Part shown: in pieces, positions 12,989 to 21,344 of the stretch | Layout of the letters: the number at the start of each line of letters is the position of its first letter | How positions within the stretch are numbered: the first letter of the stretch is position 1 | Assembly (NCBI RefSeq): GCF_037392515.1 | Contig: NC_090285.1 | Coordinates: 70,653,515-70,717,514 of the forward strand | Source: Haliotis asinina | Lineage: Eukaryota | Reading direction: 5' to 3' | DNA: 64,000 bases | Program-made: the position numbers and the translations under genes | Notes under the pieces: generated by a model | Database searches by the model: none | What the model saw: the letters and a program-made list of their open reading frames with translations, nothing else | Told to the model about the DNA's origin: nothing

Positions 12989-13783
12989 TCGCTTACGGCT
13001 ATCGCCCTCGTGTTCCCCCGGCTGGTATAGATACCTCACTAGGGCCCTATCTGGTATTTGTTTCTCCTTCCCACGCAATGGAGCGGCCGACTCTGCAACT
13101 ATTGATTTTAGTTTGATAGCGTCTGCCGGTTTCTTACCGGTGAGACGGGTGACTTCATGGTTGATTGCCGACACCACCTTGGGTAACCTCGTGACCCATT
13201 CAGTCGATCGTTTTCCAGGGGTGGTCATCTCCCTAGCATACTGATAGCCGAACAAGCGCTCAGCCAAAGTCCTATTAAATCTCTCAACTATGGCTTGGCT
13301 GCGATGGGCTCCGGCCGTGCCACGCCTGACCTTTGTATCGTGTTTGGCTAGCAGTTGTGACACGGCACCCATGAACTCCCGTCCGGGGTCAACTTGCAGC
13401 TCTGTTGGCCACGTCAGTGGGCTGCGTTTGTATATGCGTTCAAATCCTCTGGCTACCTGGGCCGAATCTTTCGTGGTCAAGGGTTCGGCTTCCTTGTAAC
13501 GACTGGCTACATCCACTACGGTTAAGGCATACTTGTACCTCTTGTCGTGGGGTAGGAACAGTAGGTCTGCCTGGTGAATGCTATTAGGTATGTTAATACC
13601 GAACCTCCTAGGCACGTAGCGTGGTGCCGGTAAATAGATCTGCCACAGGGCTTGTTTTTTAAGCCACGCTTTGGCTTCCTCCGGGGGTACTCGCGCTAGT
13701 TTAGCTAGCTTATCTACTGCGCTAGCTCCTTTCCAGTACCCACGCGGGCTGTAGTAAATAGCCTCAAATTTTTTCATGTCCAT
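12818..13783 (-). CDS. Retroviral-type (rve, DDE) integrase, 321 aa. The C-terminal ~57 aa (SH3/chromo-like?) are encoded inside the TIR.
   Basis: Catalytic signature in the ORF: HQADLLFL (D), TVVDVASRY (D), and the canonical ERFNRTL motif (E) in AIVERFNRTLAERL. Confidence 0.9.
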   Translation of the reverse strand: MDMKKFEAIYYSPRGYWKGASAVDKLAKLARVPPEEAKAWLKKQALWQIYLPAPRYVPRRFGINIPNSIHQADLLFLPHDKRYKYALTVVDVASRYKEAEPLTTKDSAQVARGFERIYKRSPLTWPTELQVDPGREFMGAVSQLLAKHDTKVRRGTAGAHRSQAIVERFNRTLAERLFGYQYAREMTTPGKRSTEWVTRLPKVVSAINHEVTRLTGKKPADAIKLKSIVAESAAPLRGKEKQIPDRALVRYLYQPGEHEGDSRKRATDPIWSVKTYNIDKVDMKADEPNLYYLRDGPGRGFVREELLIVPYGTVLPPTKAQ

Positions 13784-16700
13784 ACGCGTATGTGTTTATA
13801 CCATCAATAGCTATCCAACGTTTCGTGTCCATAGGCGATAGGGACGTCTTGTTTATAGTCAGTCCGTATATCTTATGCCCATCACTTCTAAGTGTGTTCA
13901 TTTTATGTCTAAAGGTACGGGTCTTGAACAGGGCTTCCTTGAATCTGGCGTGTTTGATGTGTTGTTTCACCACATACTTAACCCCCTTAGCCTTCCGGAT
14001 CTCACTATTGTCGGCTTTCAGTATGGAGTACATCTTAGGTCTCAAACCTATGTACTCGGCTATGGGCGTGCCAGCACACTCGTCCTTCATCTTACCTAGG
14101 ACCTTTTTATTTACCGTACTGTGTAGGGCATGGGTCTTAGGGTAGTCGCTGGTGTCGTATAAATCGAGGTGTTTTTTCATGTCCTCGTACACGTCCTCGG
14201 TTCGAATCTCCATCAGCAGGGAATCCGTGTCAGTGTACAGCACTTCACACCTGTCACCGTACTGTTTCTTGAGCTCGTTGTAGTAAAAGTCGTACATCAG
14301 GTGTTTGGATAAATCGAGGATGCTCATCCCCACGTAAACAGGCCGGTTGAATTTTATGTGGCTTTTCTTCATGTGTAGGGCAACCAGGTTGTCTGTGAAT
14401 ATCTTACTACGGTTGAATGCCGGACTGGCTATCAATTTCCTGAGCTTGTCTTCCTCACTAGATCTAACCAGCTTCACGGTCACGCGTTTCCTCAGGTTCT
14501 CCATAGTCTTACCAAACACCGAGTTGTTCATGAGCTTGTAGAGATTTTTCTCAAAATCACTGGTGGCTTTTTTTCGTAGGTCTGTGTTCATTCTGATGTA
14601 GGGCTCCATCCATGGGCTCTGGTCGAACATGAGCACCCTGTGTATTTTGGTCAGCCTCATACCCAACGACAGGTACAGCTGTAGGTTGCGATAGTGAACG
14701 ATATACTTGGTCTTATTCATTAAGTTAGGCACGAGTTTTTCAACGTCTGTCACACGCCCACCTAACAAGTTATGTTGGTACTCAGACATCCAGTCTGTAT
14801 TAACCCTCATACGTTCGGGTGCAAGGGGATAGCTGTTGTGCGATGTGTGTAATTCCTTGGGATACTCTAAGTCAACTTCGAGGATATACCCTTTGTTCGA
14901 ATCTGGTGCAACCTCCATAACATCAACGTGGGGTACCCATTCGAATCCCCCTGTAGGTAGATACTGGCTCATGGCCCAGCCGTACAGGTTGTTTGCGTCG
15001 AGGTAGAGAATGTGATTGGTTGGTTTGTTAGGATCGTAACCTTTCACGTATTGATTATTTGCTTTAGCGTATCGTTTGGATGCCATGGAAATCCCACCTC
15101 GCAAGCCTTTCTCAATGAATAGGTGCATGTCGTAATCTGTGAGCAATTCCAAATTAACTCCGGTCTTTTTAAGCAAGGCGTCCCACGACAGACCTGGGCT
15201 GGTGTAATACCATGCGGGGTCGAGTTTATACTGCTTTAAACATGTCTGCCGAAACGTTTCAAACACGTCGGCTAACAGCAGTACATCTGTCCTCAAGTAC
15301 AGGTCGTGATAATCACCCAGGTTCTTACAACCCAGTTTATTCCATACGTTAGTCGCGTGCGAGTAATCATCTCGTGAGACGGACGCCTCATTCAGCTTGC
15401 TATAAAAGCAGTCAATAGGGGGTAGTCTGGTCTCGGTGAACTTGGCCCAACTATCCATGTACTCATAGGGGTACACACCCTTCCTCATAAGCAGGGGTCT
15501 AGTCTCGGCGTCTGTGTATCGATCGGTGATAGGGAAGGTATTGTTGGCCTTGACCAGACTGTCGAGTGACGACAGGAGGAACTGAAACGAGTCAATGAAC
15601 CTAAGTCCGTTTAAGCTGAAGGAGATGTATCTCTCCATGTTGTTGGGGATGCACGTTATATTACCATCGATTTTCGCGATGGCCTGCATGATCAAGTGTG
15701 AGTCGTACCCTCTCAAGTTGTGAAAGACAACGGGGATGTTTATTGTCTTAGGGTTGATTTTAAGCTTGAGGTTGCACGCGTTGTGAGCGGCGCCTCTATA
15801 CTTACCAGTTATGTGGCAGTGATCTCTCACCGAATCACCGTTAAGTGGTGAGTCGCACACGTGACAGTTAGTGCTACTAGCGTGAGCTAGCCTGTCGGCT
15901 CGGGTCATACGCATGGGAGCGATTCTATACAATGCATTCCTAATAATTTTTTCTTCCTCCTGCAAACACTTTAGAAACCTTTCAGCCGCGTCAGGGCCCC
16001 TATACACTACCGGAGCTTTCGTTTCCCCGTCACAACGGACGACAATGTATCCAAACGAACAGGCTTTATGCTCTTGTGTCTTGTGGGTGAAGCTACCACT
16101 GGGAGCCTCGCCGGCGGCAGCACTGGGGTGTGTGGGGGATTCCCCCACAACTAAGGCTTCGAAGTCGGCGTATATAATATAAGGTACAGACATTTGGTTC
16201 TTGTGGTTACTGAATTTTAGGATATTTTCACCTTCCTTAGGCATGTCGACTCGTATGGCCGTCTGCCCCACACCTTGGCAATCATCCCGGTGGGATTCTA
16301 ATAAATCAGCTCGACTGAAACCGTGTAGGCATCGTACACAAAAGTGTTTTTCCCCAACGTGTTTCGACTGGTCGTGCAACAACCGGCTGAGATGTTTTAT
16401 CCACGTGTAGTGATACTTTTCACCTCGCTGGATCATGAATATATTGATAACTTGGCGATCCTTCACCGGGCTGACCCTGTGTACTATTGTTGTGTTACCT
16501 TCGTGCCCAAAGACATTTATAGCCAGATTATTCTGTTTTTCTACTTTAGTGATCTGGGATATTGGGGTGGGTTCATCTATACCATCCCAATTAAGCCCAT
16601 CGTCTTGGGGATAGCTAGAAAGCCTATCTGAATTCTTGCCAGCTGGAAATAAGGCTGACCTGATAGCTAACCTCAGGCAATCGTTTCCTCTATTCTTAAC

Positions 16701-17504
16701 GTTTACTATGGCATGTTTGTTCCTATAGTAGGGAGGCAAGGCTAGGTATGACCCGCCTCTGAACGGCACGTAGTTAGCTATGTCTAGATAGACATTATCG
16801 ATTTTATCTACAGCCCACCCGGACCCCAAGTGTGTGTAGCGTTCTAGGTATTCTCGTATCTGCTGAAAACTGGTATCGATTGATGCGTCAATGGTCTCTG
16901 CATGTGTGACGACCTCTTGTTTACCTCGGAAGTAAGGCTGAACATACTCAGTGGTACTCCCAACCTGCTTATCGAGCGACATTTTCACTGTGATCTGAAA
17001 CTTGATACTTCCTAGGTTATTTAGTTCCTGGTTGATCTTATCAGCTATCAGAGGCTTGATATCTGTAATGTCTATGTTTCTATCAACGCGCATGCGCCAA
17101 CCTCTCAAATAATTGCCTACGGCGTGCTCAGTGCGCACGAACTGTAGGTCAATAGCTCTATTCTGTCGTAATAATTCTATAAGCTGTGGTTTTCTCATAC
17201 GGGAATACCCGCCTAAACCCAAATCGTGTGCCTCGACTTTCAGTTGTTTTACAGTGGGAGGTTTTGCTACGGGGGCATGTGATAACAATGCGGTTAACCC
17301 GGCTCTCCCCAGGTTTGAATAACCCGTGTATCCAAGCTGTTTTGCTTGAGCTTTTAATTGTTTTATTGTAGGAGGGGCTTCTAAACCTAGTAATCTCAAC
17401 AATGCTGACTTCCGCATTCTAGAATACCCGATGACACCTCTCTGTTTTGCGACCCGCTTGAGCTCGCTTACAGTAGACATCGTGTTTACACCTAAGAGAA
17501 CCAA
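13764..17504 (-). CDS. Protein-primed family-B DNA polymerase (pPolB), 1246 aa. It carries three N-terminal HeH/Rho_N-like repeats and a Cys/His Zn-finger-like segment before the exonuclease domain.
   Basis: Exo I YIIYADFEALV. PolB motif A LYLDANNLYGWAMSQ (= Dx2SLYPS class). Motif C VLYTDTDSL (= YxDTDS). N-terminus ELKRVAKQRGVIGYSRMRKSALLRLL / QLKAQAKQLGYTGYSNLGRAGLTALL / QLKVEAHDLGLGGYSRMRKPQLIELL. The ORF overlaps the integrase ORF by 20 nt. Confidence 0.92.
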   Translation of the reverse strand: MVLLGVNTMSTVSELKRVAKQRGVIGYSRMRKSALLRLLGLEAPPTIKQLKAQAKQLGYTGYSNLGRAGLTALLSHAPVAKPPTVKQLKVEAHDLGLGGYSRMRKPQLIELLRQNRAIDLQFVRTEHAVGNYLRGWRMRVDRNIDITDIKPLIADKINQELNNLGSIKFQITVKMSLDKQVGSTTEYVQPYFRGKQEVVTHAETIDASIDTSFQQIREYLERYTHLGSGWAVDKIDNVYLDIANYVPFRGGSYLALPPYYRNKHAIVNVKNRGNDCLRLAIRSALFPAGKNSDRLSSYPQDDGLNWDGIDEPTPISQITKVEKQNNLAINVFGHEGNTTIVHRVSPVKDRQVINIFMIQRGEKYHYTWIKHLSRLLHDQSKHVGEKHFCVRCLHGFSRADLLESHRDDCQGVGQTAIRVDMPKEGENILKFSNHKNQMSVPYIIYADFEALVVGESPTHPSAAAGEAPSGSFTHKTQEHKACSFGYIVVRCDGETKAPVVYRGPDAAERFLKCLQEEEKIIRNALYRIAPMRMTRADRLAHASSTNCHVCDSPLNGDSVRDHCHITGKYRGAAHNACNLKLKINPKTINIPVVFHNLRGYDSHLIMQAIAKIDGNITCIPNNMERYISFSLNGLRFIDSFQFLLSSLDSLVKANNTFPITDRYTDAETRPLLMRKGVYPYEYMDSWAKFTETRLPPIDCFYSKLNEASVSRDDYSHATNVWNKLGCKNLGDYHDLYLRTDVLLLADVFETFRQTCLKQYKLDPAWYYTSPGLSWDALLKKTGVNLELLTDYDMHLFIEKGLRGGISMASKRYAKANNQYVKGYDPNKPTNHILYLDANNLYGWAMSQYLPTGGFEWVPHVDVMEVAPDSNKGYILEVDLEYPKELHTSHNSYPLAPERMRVNTDWMSEYQHNLLGGRVTDVEKLVPNLMNKTKYIVHYRNLQLYLSLGMRLTKIHRVLMFDQSPWMEPYIRMNTDLRKKATSDFEKNLYKLMNNSVFGKTMENLRKRVTVKLVRSSEEDKLRKLIASPAFNRSKIFTDNLVALHMKKSHIKFNRPVYVGMSILDLSKHLMYDFYYNELKKQYGDRCEVLYTDTDSLLMEIRTEDVYEDMKKHLDLYDTSDYPKTHALHSTVNKKVLGKMKDECAGTPIAEYIGLRPKMYSILKADNSEIRKAKGVKYVVKQHIKHARFKEALFKTRTFRHKMNTLRSDGHKIYGLTINKTSLSPMDTKRWIAIDGINTYAYGHEKI

Positions 17505-17538
17505 TGTCTAATTGGTTCACAGTAAGGGGAGGTAACCC

Positions 17539-17799
17539 TTAAGTGGCTATCTTGAGCAGTCGCCTACGTTCTTTTATGTAGCCTTTTTTATTCTCGTAGA
17601 TGAGTTGATGTCTGACTACGTTCGCTCCGTGAGCTTTACATAGACAGTAGTGTCCTTTAACCCCGATACCACACACAGAACACGTGTAGTTAGGACTTCC
17701 CATATGGAAACAACAGAACCCCTGATTCCTGCATTTCCTACCACAGGCCTCGGTCTTCCCCATAAGTATGTATTCGCATCGGTATGGAGCGGGTCTCAT
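17539..17799 (-). CDS. Small Cys-rich (probable zinc-binding) protein, 86 aa
   Basis: ORF has many paired Cys/His: CGRKC...CCFH...CSVC...HYCLCKAH. Same strand as the neighbouring genes. Confidence 0.4.
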   Translation of the reverse strand: MRPAPYRCEYILMGKTEACGRKCRNQGFCCFHMGSPNYTCSVCGIGVKGHYCLCKAHGANVVRHQLIYENKKGYIKERRRLLKIAT

Positions 17800-17818
17800 G
17801 TTTACTTATATAGGTATT

Positions 17819-18244
17819 TTAATTTAATTGCTTCGCAACCAACGCAGTAGCTGCTATACCCAACACTATGAAGCCCAGTTCACGATTCATTTGTCCCTTG
17901 GATGGTGTGTAGTACTGAGCGAGTGTGGGTTTATTGAGCGGTTCCAATTGTTTACCAGTTAGTAGATAGTATTCTTTCATTGCTTCATCGACATCGTTGA
18001 ATGTTTGAACGGCATGGTTTTCACGCTGGAGTTGTTCGTTAATAAAATCGATCCTCTGGAGGCGTTTTTTAGCGTACTCGGCCTGTGCTCTTTGTAATTT
18101 CTCAGTAGCGAGATCGTGTCGCTTCCTTTCTTCCTGTATTTCAGCCGCGTGATCATCTCGTAGTTTCGAGAAGAGGAAATTACTCCCGGAAAATGCCAGG
18201 GCATTCACTAACGCCCCACCGACCATCATAGCTATCGTGGCCAT
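17819..18244 (-). CDS. Hypothetical membrane protein, 141 aa. N-terminal TM (MATIAMMVGGALVNALAFSG), central coiled coil, C-terminal TM.
   Basis: ORF in the same transcriptional orientation as the rest of the left-arm gene block. The hydrophobic segments are readable in the translation. Confidence 0.4.
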   Translation of the reverse strand: MATIAMMVGGALVNALAFSGSNFLFSKLRDDHAAEIQEERKRHDLATEKLQRAQAEYAKKRLQRIDFINEQLQRENHAVQTFNDVDEAMKEYYLLTGKQLEPLNKPTLAQYYTPSKGQMNRELGFIVLGIAATALVAKQLN

Positions 18245-18252
18245 CCCTATAT

Positions 18253-18480
18253 TTATTTCATTATATTATCAGGTATTATTCCTTGTTTTACTAGGATGTC
18301 TTTTGTGGCCATCGCCATACCAAGGTTCATTATGAGCATACCCATATCCTGCAGGTTGAAATCTAGCTTGATAGTTGGTTGTTTAAGCACCATTTTAGTC
18401 AACCGAGCGTACCCTACTGCTAGACTGGCTACCACTGTGGCGTGGTATACGTCGTTGACGAACGTTTTCCCCTCAGACAT
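18253..18480 (-). CDS. Hypothetical small protein, 75 aa
   Basis: ORF in the gene block, with an AT-rich region upstream of its start (18481..18510). Confidence 0.3.
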   Translation of the reverse strand: MSEGKTFVNDVYHATVVASLAVGYARLTKMVLKQPTIKLDFNLQDMGMLIMNLGMAMATKDILVKQGIIPDNIMK

Positions 18481-18506
18481 TATGTATATGATATAAAATA
18501 TTAAAA

Positions 18507-18818
18507 TTATAACATGATATGCGGGTCGACAGTGGGGCCTGCCGGCGGCGTGTGGGGTACCCCCACACCCCCAGGGTTTCCCTCAGTTCCCTCACGTGTA
18601 TATAACCATGTTATAACCACGGCAGCAGTTACACCTACAGCCAACAACAGTCGGGTTGGGTTGGCCGCTTTATGTTGGTTACACCACCGTTTTTTACCGG
18701 CAGCTACTCTCTTAGGATTCTTCTGCCTGGTTACTGTTGGGGGTACCCCCACTGGTGTCACTGGTTCCTGTGAAGGGGTCTCCTCCACTGTTTCCACTGG
18801 TTCCTGTGCAGCATCCAT
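18507..18818 (-). CDS. Hypothetical Pro-rich membrane protein, 103 aa. It overlaps the 3' end of the next ORF in another frame.
   Basis: ORF with a TM segment (LLLAVGVTAAVVITWLY) and a Pro/Gly/Thr linker (GVGVPHTPPAGPTV). Confidence 0.3.
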   Translation of the reverse strand: MDAAQEPVETVEETPSQEPVTPVGVPPTVTRQKNPKRVAAGKKRWCNQHKAANPTRLLLAVGVTAAVVITWLYTREGTEGNPGGVGVPHTPPAGPTVDPHIML

Positions 18819-19401
18819 CTATACTATTATTATTATTCTTTCTCTCAAATTGGCAATGTTTTGCTGTGATAATCGCCGCCGTCACTGGAGCCAACAACAT
18901 ACCATATTTGTGGTACAGCCCGCAGCTGATAGAGCTCACGGCGTGTTCGATAAAAGGGTCTTTCTCGAGGTCCTCCCACAGGTAAAGTCGGCGCTCTGGT
19001 GGAATGGGAAGGAAGTGTGATACAATACCGGTGTATATCTGGGTCATAGCCGATCCTATTGTCTTTGTCATTTCTGCTCCGAGCCGGGACTCGTATCTAG
19101 CGTATAGCTTATCGATTTCTTCGGCTGACATTTTGTGAATTTTATCCGGAGTGTAGTCTCCAAAATAATGTTTGGCTTTGCCGCCAACAGCCAACGCCAC
19201 CAGTTTCTCTCGCTTGGGGGAATCCCCCACAGTGGGGCCTGCCGGCGGCGTTGGGGAGACCCCCAACTGTTCGAGTAATTCCTCACACTCCATCTTATAA
19301 TATAACAAGTAAGATTTAGTTTTAACTATATAATACCCGATGCAGACAAAACACAGAGAAATGAAGGTTAAGTTGCACACGACAAATACTTCAAATATCA
19401 T
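18712..19401 (-). CDS. Hypothetical protein, 229 aa (an internal start at MECEELLEQ is possible). Contains the TPPAGPTV linker and a G/S/T-rich C-terminus.
   Basis: ORF in the gene block. No motif I recognise. Confidence 0.35.
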   Translation of the reverse strand: MIFEVFVVCNLTFISLCFVCIGYYIVKTKSYLLYYKMECEELLEQLGVSPTPPAGPTVGDSPKREKLVALAVGGKAKHYFGDYTPDKIHKMSAEEIDKLYARYESRLGAEMTKTIGSAMTQIYTGIVSHFLPIPPERRLYLWEDLEKDPFIEHAVSSISCGLYHKYGMLLAPVTAAIITAKHCQFERKNNNNSIDGCCTGTSGNSGGDPFTGTSDTSGGTPNSNQAEES

Positions 19402-19455
19402 AGCTATGCTTAGCTTTGCTTAGCTATGCTTAGCTTTGCTTAGCTTTGCTTAGCA
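19401..19455. repeat. 10-bp tandem repeat (TTAGCTTTGC / TTAGCTATGC, ~5.5 copies) in the intergenic region between the ATPase gene's 3' end and the next gene's start
   Basis: Directly visible: tagctatgcttagctttgcttagctatgcttagctttgcttagctttgcttagcat. Confidence 0.85.
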
Positions 19456-20055
19456 TACTATATATGCTACTGGTTGGTCGGTCTTTAGAACGAGCTTAGC
19501 GTGTTTAGTTTCAGCGAGCTGTTTCTTCACCCGTTCCCGTTCTAATTTACTCATCACATTGTTCTCTCTCAAACACTCCTCGAACGAATCCCTGTCCTTG
19601 CAGTGAAATAAGGCCACCCATCGCGTCTGCTCCCTGAGGTCTTTCAACACCGAGTTGAACTTCTGCGTTAGCACCCAGACGCTGTGATTTGCATGCCGGC
19701 CGGAGAAGGCCAGGTACGATAGCATGTCTCTCTTTTTTGTTATCTCGCGATTAGCGCTGCAGTCGTCCAGTATGAACAGCGTCGGTTCCCCTTTAAATTT
19801 CTCGTGAAGAGCTTTCAACCAGTCCTGCAGGCGTGTTCCAGGGTCGATTTTGTGTACGTCCGGGTCCGTCATCACCCAAGGTCGCGCGTACGTTTTATTC
19901 ATGCTCAGAGTAGGGCACATGATAACGATGTTATCGAACACATCCTTGTAGTAACCCTCCAACATATCCAACACGAAAACGGTCTTCCCACAGCCAGTCT
20001 GCCCGCACACTATGGCGCAGTGTGGGTCAGTGGGTAACCCCAGGGGGTACCCCCA
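19450..20055 (-). CDS. A32/FtsK-HerA-like DNA-packaging ATPase. It has no in-frame ATG upstream of the Walker A motif. The frame is open back to a TGA at 20056-20058, which is also the stop codon of the upstream ORF.
   Basis: Walker A GQTGCGKT. Walker B LFILDDCS. GRHANHSVWVLTQ resembles the poxvirus A32 GRHLNTSIILLCQ block. My own translation of the upstream region: TGA WGYPLGLPTDPHCAIVCGQTGCGKT. Confidence 0.8.
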   Translation of the reverse strand, partial: WGYPLGLPTDPHCAIVCGQTGCGKTVFVLDMLEGYYKDVFDNIVIMCPTLSMNKTYARPWVMTDPDVHKIDPGTRLQDWLKALHEKFKGEPTLFILDDCSANREITKKRDMLSYLAFSGRHANHSVWVLTQKFNSVLKDLREQTRWVALFHCKDRDSFEECLRENNVMSKLERERVKKQLAETKHAKLVLKTDQPVAYIVC

Positions 20056-21312
20056 TCAGTAGATGGCTTGCACGAATCTCCCATTGTCTATATTAAGTTG
20101 CGCGTCCATAATAACGTACAGATATAATTTCAACTTACCAGCGGTTTGAGCCTTCTTAGTAATCTGGATGGTTATCCCTTCGCTGCCGTTATCTATACGG
20201 CGCCCGCTACCGTGCAGTTTATCATCATCCGTGGATCGCATGTCCAACCATAGGGCGTACTTGGTGGTCAGGTATTCACCGATCTGCACGGAGCCGAGAT
20301 CCAGGTCCTTTGTTATGTAGTCCCCCACTGGTAGCTTTTTTATCTCATCCCACTGCTGGTGTGGTCTCATACCATGACTGAACAGCTGGTTGGGCACGCC
20401 CTCGATGGTAACTTCCACCTTTTCAATCTCGGGGTTGAAAAACTTCTCGCTGTCCCTCCGGAATGGATCGTAATCCTCCACGGGGACGACCAGGATACCT
20501 TTCATCGATCGCGCCGGCACGTTCAGGTTGATATTCCACACAGTGTCGCTCTTATCTCGCACGACTGATCTATGCCTCAGTACGCGATCGTACAGGATAG
20601 CCATCTTCCCAGAGTACTGGTTTCGAACCTGCCTGGCCAGCTCCGGGCTAGTGACCATGTCGAACTCCAGAGAGATGTTGTCTATGGCATAACTGGCCTC
20701 ATCACCGTTTGGTGTACGCACTACTTTGCTATAGTCGTTAAACGTGAGCTCGTATTCGAGCCTATCACCCAGCGCGGCCTGGTAAAACGGCGCGTGTCCC
20801 GTGAGCAACTCGAAGTCGAGCGGCACGCAGAATCGATTTCCGTATGCTCGAGCGATGGCCTTTTCACCGTCCGATAGCTTGTCTTGCTGGTCTGTCGTGA
20901 AGACGTATCCTATGCGCGCCCGGGTTGATTTGCTGATGCCCTGGTACACATCATTGACTCGTTCTCTCTCGCTTTTCCAGAGATCCTTGTAGCAGTGAAA
21001 CACGTCGCTGTCGTCGATGCTCAGCACCTCGTTACCGCTGATCTTGACGGTCGTTTTCTTGATGATAGCTCGACCCACGTTCCGCACTAGCTCGCGTTTG
21101 TCGTTGTCGGAGATCAACGTGATATTGAACGCCAGTCGAACAGTGCCTGGTACAATGAGGTCATTCTCACCAAGGTTTGGAAATCTAACCAGCAGAGTTT
21201 GATTCTGGTCTATCTTGCTGGGATTGTTGGTGATGGTCACCGACTGTCGCACGGCTCTGGCCCCTAATGGCTCTCTCAATCTTCTGAAAGGATCTAATTT
21301 TCTGCCGTACAT
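20056..21312 (-). CDS. Candidate jelly-roll capsid protein (putative major capsid protein), ~419 aa from MYGRKLDP
   Basis: Size and position (adjacent to the packaging ATPase) fit Polinton major capsid proteins. The N-terminal region is beta-strand-like (TLLVRFPNLGENDLIVPGTVRLAFNITLIS). I see no sequence motif that confirms it. Confidence 0.35.
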   Translation of the reverse strand: MYGRKLDPFRRLREPLGARAVRQSVTITNNPSKIDQNQTLLVRFPNLGENDLIVPGTVRLAFNITLISDNDKRELVRNVGRAIIKKTTVKISGNEVLSIDDSDVFHCYKDLWKSERERVNDVYQGISKSTRARIGYVFTTDQQDKLSDGEKAIARAYGNRFCVPLDFELLTGHAPFYQAALGDRLEYELTFNDYSKVVRTPNGDEASYAIDNISLEFDMVTSPELARQVRNQYSGKMAILYDRVLRHRSVVRDKSDTVWNINLNVPARSMKGILVVPVEDYDPFRRDSEKFFNPEIEKVEVTIEGVPNQLFSHGMRPHQQWDEIKKLPVGDYITKDLDLGSVQIGEYLTTKYALWLDMRSTDDDKLHGSGRRIDNGSEGITIQITKKAQTAGKLKLYLYVIMDAQLNIDNGRFVQAIY

Positions 21313-21344
21313 TGTTATATAAAAGAAATATATTTTTAATACTA
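21313..21344. promoter_or_regulatory. 32-bp AT-rich divergent intergenic region with a TATA-like element (ttatataaaag) between the capsid candidate (-) and the 396-aa gene (+)
   Basis: Start codons at 21310-12 (complement) and 21345. The sequence between them is tgttatataaaagaaatatatttttaatacta. Confidence 0.4.

Noticed and set aside
13792-17371. Several + strand ORFs (13792..14145, 13875..14099, 14347..14541, 15913..16182, 16201..16631, 17113..17371)
   Set aside because: Antisense to the uninterrupted 3.7-kb pPolB ORF, and short and fragmented. Classic shadow ORFs.
18514-19020. + strand ORF 18514..19020 (168 aa) containing VTVGGTPTG
   Set aside because: All neighbouring genes are on the minus strand. 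The ORF is opened by the GC-rich palindromic modules that lack stop codons in all frames. Kept only as a remote possibility (see the overlapping-ORF finding).
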